This document shows, piece by piece, positions 38,037-48,000 of a stretch of DNA of 64,000 nucleotides. Under the pieces are notes generated by a model. It did no database searches and was not told the origin of the DNA. It was given only the letters and a program-made list of their open reading frames with translations. The stretch covers positions 277,788 through 341,787 of the forward strand of contig CAMTYB010000001.1 in NCBI GenBank assembly GCA_947085855.1. Direction: 5' to 3'. This DNA comes from an uncultured Candidatus Saccharibacteria bacterium (lineage in GTDB: Bacteria > Patescibacteriota > Saccharimonadia > Saccharimonadales > 2-12-FULL-41-12). Numbering within the stretch: position 1 is the stretch's first letter; the number at the start of each line of letters is the position of its first letter. The translations under genes were made by a program, and so were the position numbers.

Positions 38037-39344
38037 GCAGACCTTATCCCGAAGTTACGGTCGCTGTATTGCCGAGTTCCTTGACGAAGAATCACTCGTA
38101 CACCTTGGTCTTCTCGACCTGAGCACCTGTGTCGGTTTGCGGTACGGGTAGCGTTGTCCACACGTTTAGTTGCTTTTCTGGTCAGCACTGTTACCGGAAT
38201 TCGGTCCGTAAGGACCGTCTCATTCGTAGGTATTTCTCCTACTTAGACGGGTATAACCATGAACCCGCTCCGACTAATATGCCGCGCACACTAAACAAAA
38301 CAACACTAGTACGGGAATATTAACCCGTTGTCCATCGCCTACGCTACGCGCCTCGGCTTAGGCCCGACTAACCCTGGGACGATTATCGTGGCCCAGGAAA
38401 CCTTGCTCTTTCGGTGGGCAGGATTCTCACCTGCCTTATGGTTACTCATTCCAACATTCTCACTTGATGACGCTCCACCGAACCTCGCGATTCGACTTCT
38501 ACGCAGACATCAACGCTCCTCTACCACTGCCACAAAAGTGACAATCCATATCTTCGGTAGTATGCTTTAGCCCCGTTACATTTTCCGCGCAAGATCTCTT
38601 GATGAGTGAGCTGTTACGCACTCTTTAAATGAATGGCTGCTTCTAAGCCAACATCCTCATTGTCGAAGAAATCTCACCTCGTTTCCCACTGAGCATACAT
38701 TTTGGGACCTTAGATGATGGTCTGGGCTGTTTCCCTTTCGAGCGCCGACCTTAGCACCGACGTTCTAACTGCCATGATTACACAAATGGTATTCGTAGTT
38801 TATCAAGGGTGGGTACCCTTGCGGGCCCCAGTCCGAAACAGAGCTCTACCCCCACTTGCTACAACATGACGCTAGCCCTAAAGCTATTTCGAGGAGAACC
38901 AGCTATCTCCAGGTTCGATTGGCATTTCACCGCTAACCACAGGTCATCCGGGCGTGTTGCAACGCGCTACGGTTCGGTCCTCCACGTCGTTTTACCGACG
39001 CTTCAACCTGCCCATGGTTAGGTCACCTGGTTTCGGGTCTACTAATATGTACTAAATCGCCCTATTCAGGCTCGCTTTCACTACGCGTCCGTCAGATGAC
39101 TTACGCTTGCACATATCAGTAACTCGTTGGATCGTTCTACAAAAAGCACCCCGTCACCCCGAAGGGCTCCGAGTCCTTGTACGCACATAATTTCAGGTTC
39201 TATTTCACTCCCCTTCCGGGGTTCTTTTAACCTTTCCCTCACGGTACTTGTCCACTATCGATCGTAAGATATATTTAGCCTTAGGAGGTGGTCCTCCTAG
39301 ATTCGGTCAGGGTTTCTCGTGCCCCGACTTACTCGACATGGAAC

Positions 39345-39690
39345 AGACTTGCGTCTATCCCCCGGCCTACCCCAGGCAGTTTCTGAATCATAAATGATCT
39401 ATCCACTTTCTGGCTTCCGCCGTTACAAATATAAGGTTAGCGAAACTTAACATACCGGGCTATCACCGTCTCTGGCCAGTCTTTCCAAACTGTTCTGCTC
39501 GCATCGCTAATTTCTAACCTTATGCAGGCTGATGGTAGCACCTGCTTCCAATACCGAGGTCTGATTAGATCAGCACTCAGTACCGGGTGTTTGTAATGTC
39601 ACAACCCCTTTTAAATATTCGTCTACCAACTTATTTGCCGTTTGCTCATAAATGAGCAGGCAAAAACTTAAAAAGTTTGGGCAATCTTCC
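39345..39690 (-). other. 23S expansion C (about 250 extra nt in two blocks, domain I, E. coli about 270-420)
   Basis: About 410 nt lie between GAGTAGTGGCGAGCGAAA and GGACCACCTCCTAAGGCTAAATA, against about 185 nt in E. coli. Contains paired segments such as ATAAGGTTAG/CTAACCTTAT. Confidence 0.65.
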
Positions 39691-40005
39691 AATTTCGCTC
39701 GCCACTACTCTCGGAATCGTTGTTTACTTTCTCTTCCTCAGGGTACTAAGATGTTTCAGTTCCCCTGGTTCCCGCCACATATCCTATGTATTCAGATATG
39801 GGTGATGAGACATGACTCTCACCGGGTTTCCCCATTCGGATATCTTCGGTTCAAAGCTTGTTTGGCAGCTCCCCGAAGCTTTTCGCAGCCTACTACGTCC
39901 TTCATCGGTATCTTACGTCCAGGCATCCATTATGTGCGCTTGAGTAACTTTTTATGAAAATTCTTATAACAAACAAAGCAATATCGTCTGCTATAAAAAC
40001 ATGCA

Positions 40006-40027
40006 TTTGACTAGTTATTGGTAATTA
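40006..40027 (-). other. 23S precursor processing-stem, 5' (leader) strand
   Basis: Complementary to 36434-36455. Confidence 0.65.
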
Positions 40028-40258
40028 CGCTGCGATCTCATCAAAATCTCGCAGATAATCAAGCAATAACAATGTCGTCTATTTACTTAATGTCAGTCCA
40101 AATTTTTAAGTTGCAAAACTCTCGCTCTTTAAGGACAAACGGGGCTTAACCCCCTTCGTTTGCCAGAACTCAAGTTTACGCTTGGAAATTCGCCTTTCCT
40201 GTGTGGAATAGGCACTGTTCTTGGAACTTCGCGGCCTAAACTTGAGAGTAACTTGACT

Positions 40259-40287
40259 ATCATAGCAATAATAACAGATACGGTCAA
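40259..40287 (-). promoter_or_regulatory. Candidate sigma70-type promoter for the 23S-5S unit
   Basis: On the minus strand, TTGACC-17 nt-TATGAT. It sits about 65 nt downstream of the giant-gene stop and about 310 nt upstream of mature 23S. Confidence 0.5.
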
Positions 40288-40349
40288 TACCTTTCCGTAG
40301 TCAAAGTTACTACGGTTTGGTAGGTATTAGTACGCATTCTCAAGCTTTT

Positions 40350-43300
40350 TTAGAGCTGCATTGGTTGTTCTGTCCCATCTCGAAAGTACTGACCGTGCCG
40401 CAATTGTTCCTGAACTTGTGGCTGAACGTAATTACCTGTCTCGATCCACACAGGAGAAACAAAGGCAAAATCCCACTGTCCAACTGCATTTGTAGCCGTT
40501 GAACTATCAGAGGACTGCCGCAAGCGCAGCCACATGCGGCCGCCCTGTGAATCGCGATGCGCTTCCATGTTGGTCAAATATGGCAACGAGGATTGCGTGT
40601 ACGAATCACCATAGGTCAAACTTGAGGTGGCCGTCAGCAACAGGCTGTCGAAGCCACCGGTAGTATTTGTAAGACCGCCGTAGTCGCGTGCTTCAATTAA
40701 AGACGTTCCGCCGGTGCCAGACATAAAACGGGTAGCCCAGTTAAAGCCAAGTAGCGGTCCACTCGTAAGGTCAGGTACCAAGAACTCGACGTGGTTAGAT
40801 TTTGCCTCTTCGGTACCAGCATCGGCGTCAGTGTCAAAGGCGTAGTAGTCGTGCCCTTGATTACTCGACTCGTCTTCCGCTAATGTATCCCATGTAGACG
40901 CCGAACCAACCGTATCAATGTTACGTGTATCGGAACAACTACCGGCCGATAATGTACCAAACGATATTTCACATTCACTGCTATCAACATTTGTCATACC
41001 TACCATGACATACATATGATCTGTTTCGATAGACAGAGTACTATTGGATAGACCATACCAACCTATCCTAGCCTCTCCGTTATTAAGGTAATTGGTGAGG
41101 TCGACATTGTTCTTCGCAAATACATTCGTTGCATCTGTAGTAGAACAGGCAATATTGCTACTGGTCAGGTCTTCCCAGGCCCCCGACTGGAAGTTAAATA
41201 TCTTTGGTCGGTAATTAATGCCCGTAGTACTACAACGACTTTCAGCCCGTACCATAATGGTGTTCATACCAGGCATGGTTCGTATATTCTTAAACGTGAA
41301 ATAGCTATCAGAGATAGACCCCGCCGTTCCGGCAACACCAACCCGGTTATCGTCCGACGGATACTGTGCTGTACTACCGGTGCCGACTGCTGCACCGGCA
41401 TAGCTATTTGCATTGCTGTACGTGTTGGTTACCGAACCGCTACCAAGGTTGGTCAGACCTGCCGGTAAATAGAAGGAATTAATCAACGGCATAATTACAG
41501 CATTGTCTATTGCAAAGGTCGAAGTAGTATTAGTAGCAGAGTAATAACGTATGCGAACAGTGTTGCTACTGACGAAATTGCTCAGTGGCGTATCGACGGC
41601 AGTATTGGTGCCACCATTCCAAAAGCCATTATAGATCTGCCACCGGTAAGCCGTAGCAGAAGTGGCGTCAGTACCCGCCCCACGGTTGTTAAGGGTGCGC
41701 CAACCACCTCCAGTACATTGGGCATCAGTGGCATTATCCACACTAGTCGAAGATACCCAGTCGCAAATCTGAACCTTAGCTGTCGGCACAGTCGCATCCT
41801 GATCAAATCTGGTCTGCACTATCATGGAGTTGGCGCCATTAAGCGCCACACCTCCAAAATCCACTTGAGCATTCATACCACTAGAAGTGCTAGCAAATGT
41901 CCAACCAAAATCATCTTGAGCCAGAAGACCTTTCCACGAACCCACGTTAACACCGTCACTATTCGGGTTTGCTGCGCCAGTTATGTTTTGAGCCGTACCG
42001 GTTACCAGATTATTTGCCGTCGGCGTAAAAAGGTGCTGGCGCATCGTCGGCATACTGTTTTCAATCCACTGCATACTCACCATCAAAAAATCTATATCAT
42101 ATTCAGTATTGTTAGTAGTTGGCCCGTCAATGGTAGTACGTAGTCGAATATTCATTGTATTCGTACTGGAATTAATGAAGCTGTCAGGGTTAGTCTGATA
42201 CCCCATTGGCAGTGAATCTGTCAGACTATCAGAATACGCCACAGAGCTTGTTGCCGTACCAAGACCCATCCAGCCACCAGTTGTGTTAAGGCCAGCTGAA
42301 TAATCACGCAGCCCCATCTGTACCGTGTTATTTACACCGCCGCCAACCCTTCCTGCATAGAAGATACCGGTTGGCTGCATATTGCTACTTTGGGTTACGC
42401 TAAAGTTGGTATTACCGGCAGCAGCCTCCTCGACGCCGCTATCGGCGTCGGTGTCATAGGCATAGTAATCATGGCCTTGGTTCGTTGACTCGTTTTCTGT
42501 CAGTAGACGCCAAAAGTCACTATTACCGCCAGGGGTATCAATAGTTCGAGACCCTGCACACCCGTCACCACCAAAACCCACCGTTGGAGTACCATTCGAT
42601 AAATCATACGCCTCTGTCATCCAAGCACCGTCAGTACCATTCGATGCGTAGCCGGTTGCATATACCTTGCTACCGTCTAAGGCCATAGCGTTAGCGATGT
42701 TATCAGTCTGGAACTTTCCGTTAACAATACCCGAGTTACCGAAACTAGAGTCGAATGCTCCAGTGGAAATATCTATTTTGGCAAGGTAAAAGTAGTTGTT
42801 CGGTGCTTCGGCAAGACCAGTAGCATAGACGTAACTACCGTCTACTTTGATATCAGTTGGCAGCTCACCAAAGCCTGTTGAAGGGTTAACCAGCTGCTGG
42901 CCAGGAATCGTACCACCGGAATTAAAACTCGTGTCCAGGCTACCAGTGGAAATGTCACGCTTTTCTATAACCCACATTGGGTTGTTGTTGGTCGTAAAGA
43001 CACTATCGTAGATGTAGCTGCTATCAATATCAATCGCTACACCCGTGTCATCACCAGTACCAGCATTGTTGCTATTAACAACACCGGTTGCCGAACCAAA
43101 GGTACCATCATACGCACCACTCGTTTTGCTGCGCTTCTCGATGCGTCCCTGGCGGGAGCTAATTTGCCCGTTAGCATTAGCTTGTGTGCCAATCATATAT
43201 ACGTTTGAGCCGTCGACTCTTATTTGTGACGGTGTCAGTTGTGTGCTCGCGGGCGCGCTCTCTAATATGCCATCAGTGTCAAAGCCGGTATCGAGTGACG

Positions 43301-45056
43301 CGTCACTGATAGCAATTTTTTCGTATCGTGCCACATTGGTTGAGCGCGTACCTGCAATGTATATATACGTACTATCGATATCAATATCTACCACCTGGTC
43401 AGCACCGCTACCAGGATTACTGGTATATACACCACTGCTGCCAAAGCCTGAGTCAAGAGCACCTGTCGAGATATCACGTTTCTCAACACGATATTGTGTA
43501 TTACCAGCACTATTGTCATAGCCGGCCACATAGATGTAGCTTGAATCAACTCGGATAGCATTAATTTGATCATCACCGCTACTTGGATTAGTACGCACCA
43601 CACCATTGGTACCAAAACCAGTAACCAAGGTGCCGTCGCTCTTATTACGCTTCTCAATGCGCCATTCCTGATTGCTCGTACCAGGAATGGTGTCGTAGCC
43701 AGCGACGTATAAATAGTTCGAATCTGAGTCTATGGCTTTGGACGCATCAAGTGTAGCCGTTGGATTGGACACAACACGCCCGTTAGCATTAGTGCCAAAT
43801 GACACTTCGCACGCGGCTGTATCACTATTAGTAGTTCCCATCTGTAAATACATCATGTCGACACGAATCGATGTTGTCGTATTTGTATCCCCCACCAGAC
43901 GGACTTTAAGCGTATCACTTGATATATAGTTACTCAGCGTAACATTACTTTTAGAGATCACACTTGTAGCGTCGGTTGTAGAGCAGTTGATCGGCAATGA
44001 GGTCATTGTTTCCCAGGTTGAGGAGTTTGCATTGTACGTTTGCAGGCTGTACATTAAACCGGAACTCGCACTAGAACAAGAGGTTTCCATGCGCACTGCA
44101 AAACTATTCATACCAGTGTATGTCTTAACGTTCTTGAAACTTAGGTCGGCCGAGGGCGCTGAGCTACCAGATTGACCTGCAAATTCGAGGCGACTATCAT
44201 CCGACGGAGTTTGATGAATGGCATTTGTGTTCATATAATCACCAGTTACTGTGCCGCCACCTTGGTTTGTAAAACCACCAACGCCGTAGACCGGATTGAT
44301 AACAGCTTGCATAGTCAATGAATCAATCGACACCGTTGAGGTTGTGTTAGTCGTTGAGTAATAGCGAACTTTCGTCTGATTACTGCCGTTGATGAAGTTG
44401 CCTAGTGGTGTATTAACACTATTATTAGAACCATCAGACCAGTAGCCATTATAGATCTGCCACGTGTACTGGGAAGGCGAAATTGTCGTGATAGCCTGTT
44501 TGCGGTTATTGAGCGTACGCCAACCGCCGCCAGTGCAGGCAGCATCGGTACTGTTATCGACATTGCTCGATGAACTCCAGTCACAGATCTGCACTACAGT
44601 ACTAGGCGCAGTGGCGTCTAGGTCAAATCTAGTTTGAATAAAGATAGCATTCGCGCCATTCAGCGCAGAGCCGCCGAGAGTAAGATTGGCATCGTAACCA
44701 CTTGTGGTGCTAGCGACCTGCCAGTGGAAGTTGTCGGCTCTCAGTGTGCCTTTCCAAGAGCCAACGTTCACACCCTCGCCAGTACCATCCTGCCCTATAG
44801 CTGTAACATTCGGCGATGTACCGGTTACGATCTGCCCCGCTGTCGGTGTAAATTGAAACGAAGCCGCATGCGCCTTGGCTGGTTTAATAAGGGCAGTCTG
44901 AGGAATTAGCTGCAATAGTAATACGGCTATAATGAGAGCTGTCACGGTCGCAATGCGGAACCGCCAACTTCGTTGCCAACTCCTCACAAACCAGCGCTTC
45001 ACTTTAATGAGCGGCACTTTTATATACCGTACGTAGTAATACCGTCGTTGCGTCAT
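40350..45056 (-). CDS. Giant surface protein 2 (1568 aa): signal-anchor + [module A - 7x delta-60-type beta-propeller - module B] + [module A' - module B']
   Basis: Uninterrupted 4.7-kb ORF. TM anchor IATVTALIIAVLLLQLI. Internal duplication of aa 65-420 with 1005-1368 and of aa 831-1000 with 1369-1540. Seven ~58-aa repeats carry ..SYIYVAGY.. and LD.GFG..G motifs. Confidence 0.85.
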   Translation of the reverse strand: MTQRRYYYVRYIKVPLIKVKRWFVRSWQRSWRFRIATVTALIIAVLLLQLIPQTALIKPAKAHAASFQFTPTAGQIVTGTSPNVTAIGQDGTGEGVNVGSWKGTLRADNFHWQVASTTSGYDANLTLGGSALNGANAIFIQTRFDLDATAPSTVVQICDWSSSSNVDNSTDAACTGGGWRTLNNRKQAITTISPSQYTWQIYNGYWSDGSNNSVNTPLGNFINGSNQTKVRYYSTTNTTSTVSIDSLTMQAVINPVYGVGGFTNQGGGTVTGDYMNTNAIHQTPSDDSRLEFAGQSGSSAPSADLSFKNVKTYTGMNSFAVRMETSCSSASSGLMYSLQTYNANSSTWETMTSLPINCSTTDATSVISKSNVTLSNYISSDTLKVRLVGDTNTTTSIRVDMMYLQMGTTNSDTAACEVSFGTNANGRVVSNPTATLDASKAIDSDSNYLYVAGYDTIPGTSNQEWRIEKRNKSDGTLVTGFGTNGVVRTNPSSGDDQINAIRVDSSYIYVAGYDNSAGNTQYRVEKRDISTGALDSGFGSSGVYTSNPGSGADQVVDIDIDSTYIYIAGTRSTNVARYEKIAISDASLDTGFDTDGILESAPASTQLTPSQIRVDGSNVYMIGTQANANGQISSRQGRIEKRSKTSGAYDGTFGSATGVVNSNNAGTGDDTGVAIDIDSSYIYDSVFTTNNNPMWVIEKRDISTGSLDTSFNSGGTIPGQQLVNPSTGFGELPTDIKVDGSYVYATGLAEAPNNYFYLAKIDISTGAFDSSFGNSGIVNGKFQTDNIANAMALDGSKVYATGYASNGTDGAWMTEAYDLSNGTPTVGFGGDGCAGSRTIDTPGGNSDFWRLLTENESTNQGHDYYAYDTDADSGVEEAAAGNTNFSVTQSSNMQPTGIFYAGRVGGGVNNTVQMGLRDYSAGLNTTGGWMGLGTATSSVAYSDSLTDSLPMGYQTNPDSFINSSTNTMNIRLRTTIDGPTTNNTEYDIDFLMVSMQWIENSMPTMRQHLFTPTANNLVTGTAQNITGAANPNSDGVNVGSWKGLLAQDDFGWTFASTSSGMNAQVDFGGVALNGANSMIVQTRFDQDATVPTAKVQICDWVSSTSVDNATDAQCTGGGWRTLNNRGAGTDATSATAYRWQIYNGFWNGGTNTAVDTPLSNFVSSNTVRIRYYSATNTTSTFAIDNAVIMPLINSFYLPAGLTNLGSGSVTNTYSNANSYAGAAVGTGSTAQYPSDDNRVGVAGTAGSISDSYFTFKNIRTMPGMNTIMVRAESRCSTTGINYRPKIFNFQSGAWEDLTSSNIACSTTDATNVFAKNNVDLTNYLNNGEARIGWYGLSNSTLSIETDHMYVMVGMTNVDSSECEISFGTLSAGSCSDTRNIDTVGSASTWDTLAEDESSNQGHDYYAFDTDADAGTEEAKSNHVEFLVPDLTSGPLLGFNWATRFMSGTGGTSLIEARDYGGLTNTTGGFDSLLLTATSSLTYGDSYTQSSLPYLTNMEAHRDSQGGRMWLRLRQSSDSSTATNAVGQWDFAFVSPVWIETGNYVQPQVQEQLRHGQYFRDGTEQPMQL

Positions 45057-48000
45057 TAGAACTTACTTAAGTAGTTAATTTGAAGGTTCGACGCGCGGGC
45101 AAAGCCAGTGGAGCTAGCTGTGAGCTTAATTCTGAACGTTATCATATCGTTAACAGCCACACTACAGGCAGTCTCATCACCTGTCATTGAGGTTTGTTGC
45201 CAGGTTCCATCACTACTGTTTATTTCTGTTGTGCTACCGCATTGTGTACCATTGGCTTGATACATAGAAAGTTCCACCTTTTCAGTTGATGATGTTCGCC
45301 AGCCATACATCTTAACCGCATCGGTTGCATTACTAAAGGCCGAGAAGTCACTTGGCGCCTGCCAACGAACATAAATATCATAGTCCATAGTACCACCTGA
45401 GCCTGTCCAAGAGTAATAGTTAAATGCCTCGCCAGATCCACAAATACTATTATTGATACTGAGTGTTCCGGTGTTCGAGCAGAAGTCGCTCGTCATAGTA
45501 CCAATATTATTGCTACCGTCCGCAGTTAAGACGGCGCCTGGATACTCTGGCGTGAGGGTTATTTGCCGATCCTGGCGTGCCGTACCAACATACTCAAGCT
45601 TCTTGGTTGTACCATCAAACTGAACCCGATTGGTGCCATCACCAACTCGTAACTGACCCGAGAATTCAGCAGTAGTAACAAACAGGGCCGAGCCAGACTG
45701 CGTAGCAGTACCAGTGGTACCAATCTTTATAACGCCATTTGTCGTATCGGCAGTCAGGAGGTCAACCGATGCAGTTGAGTTTTGAATGCGGAAGGCAGCT
45801 GTCGAATCAGAGGTGTTTCGGAAGGTATTAACACCAGCAAAGGTTTGGTTTTGACTGAGATATGCCACATTTGTTAACGTGCCAGCCGTATTAATGCTGG
45901 TGCCGTTTAATTGAAGTGCGGTTGTAGCATTTACATTTGCAAAGGTTGGGCTCGCTGAGGTATCGATGTTCTGGATAGTATTAATGGTGCCGCTGCTAGC
46001 TGAGAAGTTCGTAGCATTGAACGTAGCAATACCCTTTTGGCTGGTTGAAGCGTCTTGGATAGTGACAGATCCGCCGCTGCCACTGGCGTTATTTATAGTG
46101 ACCGCACCGGTTTGACCATTGAGGCTCGTCACGCCACCGCCACTACAGTTCCCAAGAGTAAATAAACAAACCGTATCTGTGGCTCCGCCGGCAATTGTTG
46201 GAATCTGAACGGTTGCGTTGCCGCTACCGCTTGGATTTAAGCCCTGTACAATAACCATTCGACTGCTACTGCTATTGGCAAGGCTGAGATTACCGGTAAC
46301 CGAGCCAGCTACACCGATTGTCAGGCCGCCACTACCTTGCACTGCTAGAGTGCCGCCAATTGAAGCATTGTTGGTTACGCTCAGTGCCGTACCGGCAGAA
46401 CTAAAGGTGTTAGCAGCACTAAAGTTATTAGCTTGGTTGAGGTAGGCAACATTACTCAGAGTGCCGGCCGTATTAATATTCGTACCATTAAACAGGAAGC
46501 TCGAGGTAGCATTGACGCTACTAAAGGTTGGTGTACCACTAGTAGAAATATTCTGGATAGTATTAATGACACCACTTGAAGCACTAAAGTTGGTACTGTT
46601 GAAGGCAGCGATACCCTTAGTAGCACCGTCCGCTACAGCGTTATCAATAGTAATGGTTGCACCAGAGCCAGAAGAGTTGGCTAGTGTTAGCGCACCGGTA
46701 AGACCATCCAAGCTCGTCACGCCACCGCCTCCACCACCACTACAGTTAGCCAATGTTACAAGACACACGGTATCTGTTGAGCCACCAGCAATACTTGGAA
46801 TTTGAACGGTTGCGTTGCCGGTACCACTTGGGTTGAGGCCTTGTACTACCACAAGACGCGAACTAGTAGAGTTCGCCAGGTTGAGGTTACCAGTCACAGA
46901 ACCAGCTACACCGATTGTCAGGCCACCACTACCTTGTACTGCTGCTGTGCCACTTGCTGTCAGGTTACCAGCTATAGAGGATGTGCCCGTACCCTGCACA
47001 GTTAGATTTGACCCGGTACCAAGCAGCGTCACGCTATCATCAGTGGCCAAAGTGTTGGCACCACTGCGATAAAGATTAGTATCTGAACCAAACAAGATAC
47101 CACCGGCAGCCGTGGTCGCCGCATCAAACGTCAACTTAGAACTAATCGTAGCACTTGCACCAATACGGATATTACCGTTGTGGTCTATCCTAAATCGCTC
47201 AGATGAGCCGGAAGCATCGGCTGTACCGTTGGCGGCTGTGTAGAAAGCGATGGCGCCCCCATGGGTACCCCCCGTGAAGTCTTGGGTAGCAAAGGATGAG
47301 ATGCGAGCCGAGTCCTGACTCAGAAAAGCCGTGCCGTTATGACCACGGAAGCCAAAAGATCCAAGAAAGCTGTTATTGGTCACATAGGTAGGTGAACCTT
47401 GGGTACCCCTTGACCGCTGGAAAAAGCTATATGCCGATGCAGTGTCTGAGTAAACATTTGTTACAACTCCGTTGTAGCTACTACCTTGAATGGTCAAGTT
47501 TACGCTCGTTGTTCCATTGCCAATACTAGCTGCGCCTGTTGAAGAAAAAGTACCACCCACCGCCAAGTTATCGTCTGTAGCCAAGTTATTTGCGCTTGCT
47601 CGGAACAAGTTTGTATCGCCACCAATGGTGAGGCCGGTGGTGCTACCGGTACTTGTTAGTTGAAGTGTCGTCTTGCCGCCAGCGTTCGTTACCTGCAAGT
47701 CGGCACTACCAGTCAGCAGACCAGCACTCGTTATAGTACCGCTACCGGTGGTGTATATATCACCTGTAGTCGTTACAGAATCACCACTGTTAGCTGGCTG
47801 TAGAATCGTACCACTGCGACTCCACCAACCTTGTGTACCAGTGCTACCACCGCCCGTAACAGCGCCTGAGCAGGTAAGGTTACCGTTGGTACCATCAATG
47901 GTACAGCCGGTTGAGGCACTACCGCCGGCCAGGTTAATACCCCCAGCGCCAACACCACCACCGATGTTAAGCGTGGCCACTGTTGCATTCACGAAGTTAA

